64,000 nt of DNA from Bispira polyomma. Lineage: Eukaryota. The translations under genes and the position numbers were made by a program. The DNA lies in NCBI GenBank assembly GCA_965649765.1, contig OZ287757.1:16616001-16680000 (forward strand), read 5' to 3'. Shown here piece by piece: positions 55,201-62,844 of this stretch. Numbering within the stretch: position 1 is the first letter of the stretch; every line of letters starts with the position of its first letter. The notes beneath the pieces are model-generated. The model had not been told where the DNA came from, did not search any database, and saw only the letters and a program-made list of their open reading frames with translations.

Positions 55201-57116
55201 GTTCAATCCTTTTTGGCCTAAGGATACAATTAGTAAGTCTGGCAAGTAAGCCTCTTAAGTCAGGTGTTCTATACTTGTGGCCCTCTCCCAGAGTCCCAAG
55301 CCTCTTAACTCAAGTATGGTGTTCTATACTTGTGGCCCTCTCTCAGAGTCCCAGGCCTCTTAACTCAAGTAAGGTGTTCTATACTTGTGGCCCTCTCTCA
55401 GAGTCCCAGGCCTCTTAACTCAAGTAAGGTGTTCTATACTTGTGGCCCTCTCTCAGAGTCCCAGGCCTCTTAACTCAAGTAAGGTGTTCTATACTTGTGG
55501 CCCTGTCCCAGAATCCCAGGCCTCTTAACTCAAGTTAGATGTTCTATACTCGTGGCCTCTCCCAGAGTTCCAAGCCCGACTGCAGATATTGAAAGAGTGT
55601 TTTCTAAATTTTCACATATACTTTTTGTTATGTAAGCTTGCAAAATAAGTCACACAAGAGTATTAGACAAGACAGTGTTTTTCTGTTGTATTTTCTAGCC
55701 GAGAAAATAGTAGAAGTATTGGTTACATTAAATTTTACTGAAAAAACCTAAATCTTGGTATATTTTGTCCTACACCCATAGGGACATCACGTCTGCAAAA
55801 AATTTTAGTAGCATTTTATTTTAATTATTTTTCGTTTTCAGTTTACATTTTACATGTACACAATGTTTATATTTTATCAATGTTAAATAGAAATTATGTG
55901 ATTATTTAAAAAATTTTGTGATTTTCATATTTTAAGTGATAATTTGTTTATATTAATTTGGGGTAAGTATTAGTTGTCACTATTCCTATTACTGCTAAAT
56001 AACAGCTTAGTTATGACTTCCCTAGATGTAGACCTTTTGCTGCTTACCTTGTATATGCTGACTCTGGTCACCAACACGTACAGAGAACGTCTCCCCAAGA
56101 TTTACATGCACATGCTGCTTACCTTGTATATGCTGAATCTGATCACCAACAAGTACAGAGAAGGTCTCTAAAGGGTTTACATGCACATGTTGCTTACCTT
56201 GTACATGCTGACTCTGATCACCAACACGTACAGAAAAGGTCTCTAAAGGGTTTACATGCACATGTTGCTCACCTTGTATATGCTAAATCTGATCACCAAC
56301 ACATACAAAGAAGGTCTCTAAAGGGTTTACTTGCATATGTTGCTTACCTTGTATATGCTGACTCTGATCACCAACACGTACAGAGAAAGTCTCTAAAGGG
56401 TTCACATGAACATGCTGCTTACCTTGTATATGCTGAATCTGGTCACCAACACGTACAGAGAAAGTCTCCCCAGGGTTTACATGCACATGTACAACATGCT
56501 GCTGAGGAGGCTGGCCCTGTGGGGAGTCTTGGGCGCTGTTTGGACTTTCTCCTCTAGAGTGGGGTTGACTTGTAGAGTAGCAGGTTGGTGAGGATGAACC
56601 CCCCTGGGTTTGACTTGGCCTCTGTAAACTTGTAGCCGGACTCATGCCCTGTGAAGAATATATGTGACCACCTCCCAACGGACAAGTAACATTTTGACCA
56701 GTAAGGCTTGTGCTGTTGGGTGGGGTAAACTCTGTAGTATTCTGGGTTGGTGTAAATGTCTGATTAGAATTTGGTGACTGGGATGCCTGTGAACCTTGGT
56801 CACTCATATGTCCTATTCCACTGTCTTCACTGGGACTTAGATGTCCATTCTGTAAAATGTCAAAACCATTTAATCCATTTGGTGTTACTGCCAAATTCTG
56901 GGTGGACGAAGAGTTACTATTGGGTCCAGTACTACAACACTCTGTACCTCCATTAGTTAGTATAGGGCCTGACTCAGGGGTTTCTGGGGTTGTTGTTAAT
57001 CCAACTGCTGGTTCATTGAGAACACTGCTAGGAGTACTACATAATGGCACTGAAACGTCTTTGTCTTTCACAGGACTGTCAGCCATGATGACAACTTCTT
57101 CTACTTGTCCTCTCAT
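1121..57116 (-). CDS. FNDC3: FNDC3A/B-like fibronectin type III domain-containing protein 3; 22 coding exons in window, 3' end outside window
   Basis: N-terminal motif QQHVVHVHVNPGETFSVRVGDQIQHIQG|PATVRMVS..PMQVPPGHMVQQIVDENG matches the FNDC3 family N-terminus. It is followed by Pro/His-rich and basic regions and tandem FN3 repeats (W...D.GG..I..Y, L.P.T.Y.FRV.A.N..G). All junctions are GT-AG with compatible phases. Confidence 0.93.
1619..1830. repeat. 2 x ~105-bp tandem duplication abutting the exon 21 donor
   Basis: Direct repeat CAAAGTATAAGCAAGT...ACACAGAGCCA. Confidence 0.9.
1836..2002 (-). CDS. FNDC3: FNDC3 exon 21 (FYPVYQG...APPPAVK)
   Basis: ttatag| acceptor, |gtcagt donor, phase 2 to 1. 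Confidence 0.92.
2001..2150. repeat. 2 x ~74-bp diverged duplication including the exon 21 acceptor
   Basis: AACTATA(A/G)TAAACACA...CTACTGACAATCA(C/T)TGGCTCTCAC occurs twice. Confidence 0.75.
2152..2897 (+). repeat. ~16 x 42-bp tandem array built from a tRNA-like SINE head, followed by SINE body
   Basis: Unit GGTTTAGTGGTAACACACTCCCCTTTCACTTCTGCCAATGTA. The array ends in B-box GGTTCGAATC followed by AAAGTTGGCAGTGAACTTGCTGAAGG. Confidence 0.85.
2951..3151 (-). CDS. FNDC3: FNDC3 exon 20 (VRVQAVN...ILKDNG)
   Basis: atgtag| acceptor, |gtaagt donor, phase 2 to 2. Confidence 0.92.
3106..3290. repeat. 2-3 x ~70-bp duplication of the exon 20 acceptor junction
   Basis: CAGCTTGGACACGCACCCTACATAAA repeated; acceptors at 3151 and 3221. 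Confidence 0.9.
3294..3542. repeat. 4 x ~60-bp duplication of the exon 19 donor junction
   Basis: Donors at 3495, 3437, 3377 and 3317. Confidence 0.92.
3495..3748 (-). CDS. FNDC3: FNDC3 exon 19 (AVNSAGAGPYS...LLPETTYR)
   Basis: ttcag| acceptor, |gtaaga donor, phase 0 to 2. Confidence 0.92.
4044..4118 (-). CDS. FNDC3: FNDC3 exon 18 (LHMGSVLSYEVKSLTPASSYSFRVQ)
   Basis: ttttag| acceptor, |gtaacc donor, phase 0 to 0. Confidence 0.92.
4808..4999 (-). CDS. FNDC3: FNDC3 exon 17 (AGPWSDVLE...QDFIQ)
   Basis: tttag| acceptor, |gtaagt donor, phase 0 to 0. Confidence 0.92.
4918..5118. repeat. 2 x 107-bp duplication of the exon 17 acceptor junction
   Basis: GCCCGCCCCACTCACTAGCTCTAAGA...GGGACCAGCCTAAACACAAC occurs twice; acceptors at 4999 and 5106. 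Confidence 0.92.
5651..5823 (-). CDS. FNDC3: FNDC3 exon 16 (YPDYDGGARISEY...AFNKAG)
   Basis: tttcag| acceptor, |gtaagt donor, phase 1 to 0. Confidence 0.92.
5788..6455. repeat. 7 x 95-bp tandem array of the exon 16 acceptor junction
   Basis: Acceptors at 5823, 5918, 6013, 6108, 6203, 6298 and 6394. Confidence 0.95.
7795..8117. mobile_element. MITE-like element
   Basis: Terminal inverted repeats GTGTACGTCT(GTCT)CCACAAGTACCAT / ATGGTACTTGTGGAGACGTACAC. Confidence 0.7.
8980..9093 (-). mobile_element. Degenerate tRNA-SINE head
   Basis: Reverse complement GGTGTAGAGGTTAA...GGGTTCAAATCTC...TATGTGGGAATTGGTAGTGGACTTACTG resembles the 52.8-kb SINE. Confidence 0.6.
9532..10859. mobile_element. Non-autonomous Helentron/HINE-like element with internal ~60-bp satellite (9650-10290)
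   Basis: 5' ACTAGTTTGC matches the 3' hairpin AACTAGTTTGCAC..TGCGCA-GACT-TGCGCA..GCAAACTAGTT; core repeat CAGGGCGATTTTGTCCAAGTTATAGGTTGGAGA. Confidence 0.65.
11063..11168 (-). CDS. FNDC3: FNDC3 exon 15 (WSECLVVTT...SLHLRW)
   Basis: ttctag| acceptor, A|gtaagt donor, phase 0 to 1. Confidence 0.9.
11685..11797 (-). CDS. FNDC3: FNDC3 exon 14 (GFEVRYEG...GGTSE)
   Basis: ttccag| acceptor, |gtaagc donor, phase 1 to 0. Confidence 0.9.
11753..11998. repeat. 3 x ~86-bp duplication of the exon 14 acceptor junction
   Basis: Acceptors at 11797, 11883 and 11970. Confidence 0.92.
12961..12989. repeat. (TG)n microsatellite
   Basis: Direct inspection. Confidence 0.9.
13120..13370. mobile_element. Degenerate pogo-like MITE
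   Basis: TA-CAGTACAACCTCTATTTT ... AAAATAGAGGTTATACAG-TA imperfect TIR. Confidence 0.6.
13955..14020 (-). CDS. FNDC3: FNDC3 exon 13 (ESPRDTGGTEITKYCLEVDAGR)
   Basis: tttatag| acceptor, |gtatgt donor, phase 1 to 1. Confidence 0.9.
13981..15280. repeat. ~20 x 62-74-bp tandem array of the exon 13 acceptor junction
   Basis: Unit TACTTGGTGATTTCTGTACCCCCTGTATCTCTGGGTGACT|CTATAAATACATTAACACATAAATCAA. Confidence 0.95.
16136..17923. repeat. ~35 x 51-bp tandem array of the exon 12 donor junction
   Basis: Unit AGCTGTGTGAGTGTTTGCTATTTGTATGGTTCTTACTGCAGGTTATATGGA = last ~9 codons of the exon + GTAAGA donor + start of intron. Confidence 0.96.
17896..18034 (-). CDS. FNDC3: FNDC3 exon 12 (LQASNDEG...HSHSFRISW)
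   Basis: ttccag| acceptor, G|gtaaga donor, phase 0 to 1. Confidence 0.92.
18252..21400 (-). mobile_element. hAT-superfamily DNA transposon, 3149 bp, in FNDC3 intron 11
   Basis: TIRs TAGGGGTGAGACGGGG / TAGGGGTGCGACAGGG (reverse complement). Perfect 8-bp TSD ATTGTAAC at 18244-18251 and 21401-21408. Encodes a transposase. Confidence 0.96.
18901..20979 (-). pseudogene. ZBED1/Ac-like hAT transposase (BED finger, DDE core, dimerization domain), two exons, apparently disrupted
   Basis: Exon 20880-20979 reads MESKRSVVWQYF..KCSLC (BED); intron to ~20766; then NTSIMRSHLTSKH. Main ORF 19066-20625 has TSDLWT, VTDNASN, CFAH, TRWNS and SERTFS motifs. Two frameshifts and an internal TAA. Confidence 0.88.
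22832..22918 (-). CDS. FNDC3: FNDC3 exon 11 (GHGFLTVYNG...NLRRNTEYKFR)
   Basis: ttttcag| acceptor, |gtaaga donor, phase 0 to 0. Confidence 0.92.
23178..23752. mobile_element. Tc1/pogo (Tigger-like) MITE
   Basis: 19-bp perfect TIR CAGTAGAATCTTGATTATT, TA flanks. Confidence 0.85.
23897..24059 (-). CDS. FNDC3: FNDC3 exon 10 (EFSEPVAFCTSG...QMEDQAT)
   Basis: tttcag| acceptor, |gtaacc donor, phase 2 to 0. Confidence 0.9.
24723..24901 (-). CDS. FNDC3: FNDC3 exon 9 (QAVDNGCKMSSY...AINSIGK)
   Basis: ttgtag| acceptor, |gtacaa donor, phase 0 to 2. Confidence 0.9.
26534..26925. mobile_element. MITE-like element
   Basis: Imperfect TIR AGTGGGCATTTCCATGCAGG / CCTGCATGGAAACCCTCACT. Confidence 0.55.
29630..29905 (+). 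mobile_element. Fragment of a HINE/pearl-like element
   Basis: Two ~138-bp core units (GAACATCCCTGCCAAGTTTGAACTTC...CACCTTACGGTTG) followed by a (CCCG)n microsatellite. Confidence 0.6.
30515..30900. repeat. 4 x ~95-100-bp tandem repeat with variable (CA)n
   Basis: TACTGCAGGACTATGTAAGCTCTATCAGAGGACAT...GGTACCACACAC...TTACTGAATAGTGGCCA. Confidence 0.9.
32582..32720 (-). CDS. FNDC3: FNDC3 exon 8 (VCCIYDSVKG...KTSLLLKWN)
   Basis: ttttcag| acceptor, |gtaagt donor, phase 2 to 0. Confidence 0.9.
33408..33467 (-). CDS. FNDC3: FNDC3 exon 7 (GTCTGITLKDLRPATDYHLR)
   Basis: ttttag| acceptor, |gtactg donor, phase 2 to 2; DLRPATDY FN3 motif. Confidence 0.9.
33684..33838 (-). CDS. FNDC3: FNDC3 exon 6 (VSEVEPRSALITL...KCVY)
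   Basis: cctag| acceptor, |gtaagt donor, phase 0 to 2; start of first FN3 repeat. Confidence 0.88.
34292..34413 (-). CDS. FNDC3: FNDC3 exon 5 (acidic linker)
   Basis: tttccag| acceptor, |gtgaga donor, phase 1 to 0. Confidence 0.85.
34375..34520. repeat. 2 x 76-bp duplication of the exon 5 acceptor junction
   Basis: CACTGCTATGCATCAACTCCTGCTGTAA...ACCTGGAAATAAC.AACTCAACAACATGTACA occurs twice; acceptors at 34413 and 34489. Confidence 0.92.
34795..34953 (-). CDS. FNDC3: FNDC3 exon 4 (basic DERTQKQRKRLTEKL region)
   Basis: gacag| acceptor, A|gtaagt donor, phase 1 to 1. Confidence 0.8.
37911..38148 (-). CDS. FNDC3: FNDC3 exon 3 (Pro/His-rich)
   Basis: tttcag| acceptor, |gtgagt donor, phase 0 to 1. 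Confidence 0.88.
41004..41161 (+). mobile_element. 5'-truncated copy of the same SINE family
   Basis: Near-identical to the 3' part of the 52.8-kb SINE; 14-bp TSD TCCTCAGACCTGAT (40990-41003 and 41162-41175). Confidence 0.92.
41767..41930 (-). CDS. FNDC3: FNDC3 exon 2 (GPATVRMVSNNG...GAPVT)
   Basis: cccag| acceptor, |gtagga donor, phase 1 to 0; family motif. Confidence 0.9.
45995..46382 (-). CDS. FNDC3: Putative alternative first coding exon of FNDC3 (MSAEIPVVLTAPYFLNEG...TYNQG)
   Basis: 129-codon ATG ORF ending at CAGG|gtaagt, phase 1, which splices in frame to the exon starting at 41930. Confidence 0.6.
47974..49480 (+). mobile_element. Non-autonomous Helentron/HINE-like element
   Basis: 5' AACTAGA...AAGCGTCCCT; 3' hairpin AAGCGCCCTT-TTC-AAGGGACGCTT; ~4 x ~140-bp internal tandem repeats (48075-48580); (GCG)n near the 3' end. 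Confidence 0.75.
49581..49797. mobile_element. PIF/Harbinger-like MITE
   Basis: TAA flanks; TIR AGGTAGATCCACAC / GTGTGGATGGACCT. Confidence 0.65.
52792..53057 (-). mobile_element. Full-length tRNA-derived SINE
   Basis: A-box-like GGTGGCCTCGTGG, B-box GAGTTCGAATCCC, A-rich tail, 14-bp TSD GTTATAGCTAATGT (52778-52791 and 53058-53071). Confidence 0.92.
54781..55112 (-). mobile_element. hAT-type MITE (TAGGGG end), inverted relative to the copy at 58066
   Basis: Shares GGGTACCTGCAAATTTAGTA.GCACCAATCTCAG, ATTAGACCAAAGTTA and TTTTGAG.CCCTGAATCGC blocks with the reverse complement of 58066-58432. Confidence 0.7.
55245..55576. repeat. ~6 x ~55-bp tandem repeat
   Basis: GCCTCTTAACTCAAGTAAGGTGTTCTATACTTGTGGCCCTCTCTCAGAGTCCCAG. 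Confidence 0.92.
56038..56488. repeat. 6 x 75-bp tandem array of the exon 1 donor junction
   Basis: Exon-end positions 56423, 56348, 56273, 56198, 56123 and 56048. Confidence 0.95.
56423..57116 (-). CDS. FNDC3: FNDC3 coding exon 1 (Ser/Pro/Thr-rich N-terminus to ...QHIQG)
   Basis: ORF 56283-57116. Acceptor ttctag| just upstream (exon starts 57124). Donor AAG|gtaagc at 56423/56422, phase 1. Confidence 0.85.
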
Positions 57117-57139
57117 CTATTCAGCTAGAATTACACAAG

Positions 57140-57292
57140 TCAGACCAAAATAATTCTACTTACAGTTGCAACAATATACTGTCAAACTCCTTTAAGAACA
57201 ACTTTGTTAAGGCAGTCAAACCACAATAATTCTACTTATAGTTACAACATACAGTCAAACTCCTTTTAAGAACAACTTTGTTAAGGCAATCA
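57140..57292. repeat. 2 x ~75-bp duplication just upstream of the exon 1 acceptor
   Basis: AATAATTCTACTTA.AGTT.CAACA...GTCAAACTCCTTT.AAGAACAACTTTGTTAAGGCA occurs twice. Confidence 0.85.
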
Positions 57293-58065
57293 ATTTCTCT
57301 CTTATTTGAAGGACACTTTGTGGTCCCACTGAGATACTTTCTGCTAAAATTGACCCTCTGTGATAGAACTCCTGATTAAGGAGATATATTTTTGTTCCCT
57401 AGAGATTTGACTTCAACTGTACCAGTATTTGACTAACTAAAAATCATTTTGGCTATAATGGGGTAACCACTAACTGCCCCAATTAAATGAATAAATTATA
57501 ACAACTACCAACTACCAAATTATAGATTTTTTGGTTAACCATGTCTTGCTTTTGATTTCCGTCATATATTCTGAATTCAAAACAAAGAGAAGATTGCCAT
57601 GTGGTACGTGATTTGCCATCTTCAACACTACAATCTAACCAGTAGTTCTAAGAGTAGTGAATTTTGTGGCAGTCCTAGGTTAATAAGGCTACTTTTTTTC
57701 TAAGAGTTTGAACAAAAAGACAAATTGTTTCTCCAGCAGCCAGAAACCGAAGTTTAGAGTTAGAATGTTTGACTAAGTAATGTTATAGGCAAAAAAAAAC
57801 TTTTCTTTAACAGGAGGATGTTACCGTATATTTATTTGCTTCATCCTTAGTATTCTGCCGCCAATGGCGGCTTTTTAAACTGAAGGATAGCTTATTGGCA
57901 ACGGAGCAGCTACCACAAGCAAAATGTTGTAAATCAAAATCGGCATATATAGAGATTGAATCTGGTTGAAATAAATACATACCCTCATTACTTATATATA
58001 ATATAGTAGCCGACTTTGTGTTATTTCATGCCGACATGGTAGTACCTGGTACATATCAATAATAT

Positions 58066-58432
58066 TAGGGGTGAGACAGGAGAACGGGTACTCAATTACA
58101 GGCCAAATATTTTTAAAAACTGGAGTAAAATTTGCGATTCAGGGGCTCAAAAAAGTGTACGTCTTTAAGTTAAAACTGTTATATGATCACCTGTAGACTG
58201 TCGTTATAAATAAATTCACCAAATCAATAACTTTGGTCTAATTCTTGCACCAAACATACATTTCCCTTCTAATTTCCAACATTCGCCCAGACATTTACAT
58301 CTATTATCGATAGCTTTTGTTTACATCAACCACTATTTTGTTAAGACTGGTTTCTGAGATTGGTGCATACTAAATTTGCAGGTACCCGGAATTGAAACGG
58401 TTAGACGCTCTTTAGTGGTTGTCTCATACCTA
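58066..58432 (+). mobile_element. hAT-type MITE with TAGGGGTGAGACAGG end
   Basis: Ends TAGGGGTGAGACA / TGTCTCATACCTA resemble the TIRs of the hAT element at 18252. Confidence 0.72.
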
Positions 58433-60176
58433 ATTATTATAACACAAAAACTACAACCACAAACATATTGGCACAACTCTGCCTGCCATTTTATGCCAGA
58501 CTAACTTTACAACGTTTTGGTAGCAGTATCCATTCTGTCCCTCTTCATGATTCAGCCGTCAAAATAACAGGAAGGAATCTCACTAAATAGGGACAGATTA
58601 TTCGGTCTAACCCAAGGCATTTAAAAACCCATATACTTTAAGGGAGCGCAAGATATTATGATTGTCAGACTGCTCATTGGTGTTATGTAAACCCCAAAGA
58701 CATTGATTTACAAGAAAACTTATAAAATCGACTACTTAACCATAACTAACAAAGTTATATACATAACTTAAAGAAAGTCTAGTGATATCGGAAGAAATGT
58801 AATGTAATATTTGTTGATTACTAAGAATCTACTGACAACAATATACTGCATTACCTGGATATAAACTAACAAGTACGACTGTATGTTAATAACAAGGCTC
58901 AAATCTGGAGATCAAAAAGCAACAATCAAACACAAGATCTGGAACATCAATTCACTGTCTCTACAAAAATTAGTTCTAATATTAGCCTTTTTGACAGGGC
59001 TAAAACAGAACTCAAAATTAATGACTGATCTACAAATTACCATTTATTTTACCTTATGGTATTCGCAAACACAAAACTGTTATTCATATTCCCAACAATA
59101 ATGACCAACAGGTTTAAGAAATTTGTTTACAGAAAAAAATCCAAGTAATCCTTTTATTTAATCACAAATCTAGTCATTTAATTTACAAATTTGTTGTGCA
59201 TGATATACAATGTCAGATTTGTCAGTGTTTAATTATGTCTGTGAATTACACCTTAGCTGTCATAAGTTAATTTCAAATTTTGAGTACATTAAAAACATAT
59301 GGAATAACCAACAATATATGATGGTCAACTGGGTTTCCGACGTACTTAAAAAAAATTACGTTTATCGTAAAATATGTACAAAGTAAATACCGTACGTCGA
59401 AAACCCCATTGCATCGAAAACATGGTGCATGACCATACAAAACATTTGGGTACTTTCCATAATGTGTCCTGAAATTACATACTCTGTAGCCAATAATAAT
59501 CAGCATAACAAAGGTAATTCATTACAAGATATCAACTTAAACGGTAATTCACTGAAACATATGGAAACTTAAAATGGGGTCTGGTACACAACAGACACAC
59601 TGATGACTGTAAAACATTGGTCAGTTTTGTTGCTACCACCAATATTCCAATGTTTCCGTAGTTTACCCAAACTAAAACCCAAACTAAAAAGTGTGAATAA
59701 CAAAAATTTTGGTGTCAAAAATGCATCAATGATATCAAGTTTCGACATCTCAGTTATTAACGAGATTATTTAGAAGAAACTTGATTTCACTTATTTTCTG
59801 CAGTTACAACCATTATGTACGAAAGCCACTTATATCAAGCATGTAGTTTGAACATTAAAACCTTACGAACTACCTTTTACTAGGAATATTTACAGCACAG
59901 TCTCGCACAACATTAATGGCCGTTTGACGTAGGCAAACCATCTGTTTTCGTGTCAATACGTAGCATATCCGAAGTTTTATAGCGAGAACTAAAGCCTTGT
60001 CATGCACTTTTTATAAAGGTATAGAGTAAAGAAAGTGCACGTTACCAGTCACATTACAAAAAAGTTTTAAAGCACCACTCTTTATATGTATTTGAAACAA
60101 AAATATTGACCAATGTTTCTATAAATTACCTGAAAACAATTTTCTTCCATATTGAATATATAAATAGGTCAAGGAA

Positions 60177-60266
60177 CGAGTGCATTATGGGTAAGGTCAG
60201 GTTATTACTAAACTCAAATGAATAGAGCAATCGGCGGTGACGTCATCGCGCAATGCATGCTGGGAC
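60177..60266 (-). promoter_or_regulatory. Candidate FNDC3 promoter: two ZNF143/Staf-binding sites flanking a full CRE
   Basis: Reverse complement TTACCCATAATGCACTCG (60177-60194) and GTCCCAGCATGCATTGCG (60249-60266); TGACGTCA at 60238-60245; local CpG enrichment; ~3 kb upstream of coding exon 1. Confidence 0.7.
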
Positions 60267-62844
60267 TTGGGTGGCAAAAAAACTTCTTGTCCTCATGTTA
60301 TTTTTACAGGAAGTTAATGGCCGATAAAATGTATCAATTATTTTACAGTAGCAGTTTTAAAATATGTGGTTCTAAATCAAAGGTAACACAGATGTTATAA
60401 GTATTGTTAGTAATCGGTGAATAAAATTATTATGAATTTTGTTTATTTATGATGTCTCCATTTAATAAATTGACCATTTTATATTGCATAATATTTTAGC
60501 ACATGGCAACAGTGATATTTGTCATTGGATTTTTTTACTACCGTTTTTATTTAGGATTGTGTCATAGTCATGTAAAATATTAATTTGGTAATATTTAGTT
60601 ATCCACTATTAGATCAAGTTTGCAGTTAAGATTAACAAATTATCTTTTTTACACAAATCGGCTAAGCTCCACCCACTTTCTGGATGTCTCATAAACAAAG
60701 CATACAAAATGGCAGATCGGACTGTTTTTCAAACTGATTAATCAGCAGCGGTGTCTTAATAAAAGAAGTAATTACTGCAGTGAGAATAAAAAACGATTCT
60801 ACAATAAATATATTATCAAATCAACACTGCAAAAATAAATGACACAGTATTAAAGTGAATATTTACAGTTTCTGTCCCTAATTTCGTCCATTCTCGGCCT
60901 TTTTGACAGCAAGACACCAACAAGAATAATTGTTTAAGATTATTTAATAAAATCAACATTGCTTGCTCGATTTTAACAAATAAAGTATCATTTTAAATAT
61001 CACAACACAGAGATTTCAATATTATAAAAAATATAGCTGGTTGATAAAGTAAATAGCTGTTAAACTTATGTCAATAACCATGCAACTGGAACATTTAAGT
61101 TTCATTAAATTCATTTTAATGCCAATTTACTGTGTATTTGTTTTGACAAACCAGCTGTAATTATGTCATATTTAAATTCCCTGTGTTGTACATTTTTATA
61201 GGATATACCTTATTCGTTAAATTCAAGCAAGGGTGAAAAACCCCAATAATAGCTAGAACCTTTAAACGAAAAAGATTAATTGTAATGTCCGCCCAATATT
61301 GTTTACATGGGCGTTTATAATACCGGTCGGGTCATAATACTGTCCATTGCATTTTTAAAGACTTTACCGACGAAAATTAATACGGAAAGCACATGCTACG
61401 TACTTCCATGTCTATGAATTAAAGCACAGAATACTTTATTTTATTTCAAATAAATCTACTTTTGAAGCATTTAAATGTGTATCTATCTAAGTAAGTGTTT
61501 TAGAAATCTCCTGTTTTATGTGAGCACATGCCACGGCAATAAGACAGCAGACTGACATTCACCGCGGTAACCACGTCTACAATTATTCTAGACCGAGTTT
61601 TCTGTTCTCCCCCTCCCCGATGCTTTGTTTTACTGACGGCACGGTGAGGGACAGATTTGCTTACTATAGCAAATCATTGTAAAAGTGTAACGGCACATAT
61701 AACAGACAAAATTATTAATTTTCACATGTAGTTGGTAGTTTTCTTTAATAATATAATAGCCGTACACAATATTATAGCTTATGGACAAGCTAAAAGTATG
61801 TGATTAATCAAATATCCTTATTTAAAAATATTAACATATACGGCGGTGTTATATGCACGGACGTCCATGTGTATAAAAAAAATGTTGTACACACGGAAAT
61901 GATTTGGGGATAAGGACGATAATATATAGCCGTAACAATATATTACCTTAAAAGCCCCATGTATACTTAAGATATTTATTAAGGGTATATTTTATGGTAA
62001 GATGTGTTTATTTTTGTTGGACATCAGGTCCTCAAATATTACTTGCCGTATGTATAGTATATGCACACATATTTGTTTTAATTGCTATTTTTGGGGAGTT
62101 CCGTAAAATTCCTTCCAAGTTATATGTGTAGATAAAAGGTAATAAATGTTGGCGGTTCTTGCCGAGTCAAAGGTTAGAGACAGTAAAATATCCTTATATG
62201 GAAGTTGGCACTTGTGGGTGCTCTCTACGATGATAATTTACCTGAATATTTCTGTCATTCAAGTACACTTAATTAATAAAGACAACTTTATTTGCTATTT
62301 TATCCACTACGTTCTTTAAAAAGTTGTCTTTAGGGTAACATATTGATACATAACCCAATATATCAAGCAACTAAAACAGCCACAGACTTAAAAAGATTTA
62401 AGGTCCGTGGGTATAACATTGTTTTTATACACACGGGTCCGTGCGTATATTCACTACGTAACATATATTTCCCGTTGTATAGTATATAGTAAACTACCGT
62501 GTCAGATTTACAACGATTTACCATAGTTCACAACTCTGTGCCGTCAGGTAATCAAAGCATCAGCGAGAACAGAAAACTCGATCTACAATTATTCCTGCAA
62601 AGATGTGTATTTATTTCATCCTGGCGACAACGAGTGAAGGTTGGACTTCCTTCATGATACCCCCACCTTTGAGTGGTTAATAAAATACTAAGTATTTGGG
62701 GACCAGGAAAGTCTAAATTACGTAAAGACCAATAATTATAGCAAGGGAATATATCGGTCATGGTTGCCCAAAAAATTACTTATACGTCGGATCCCAGCTA
62801 ATATTTGATTAAATTTTAATCATTTTTATTTCAAGAAAAAAAAT

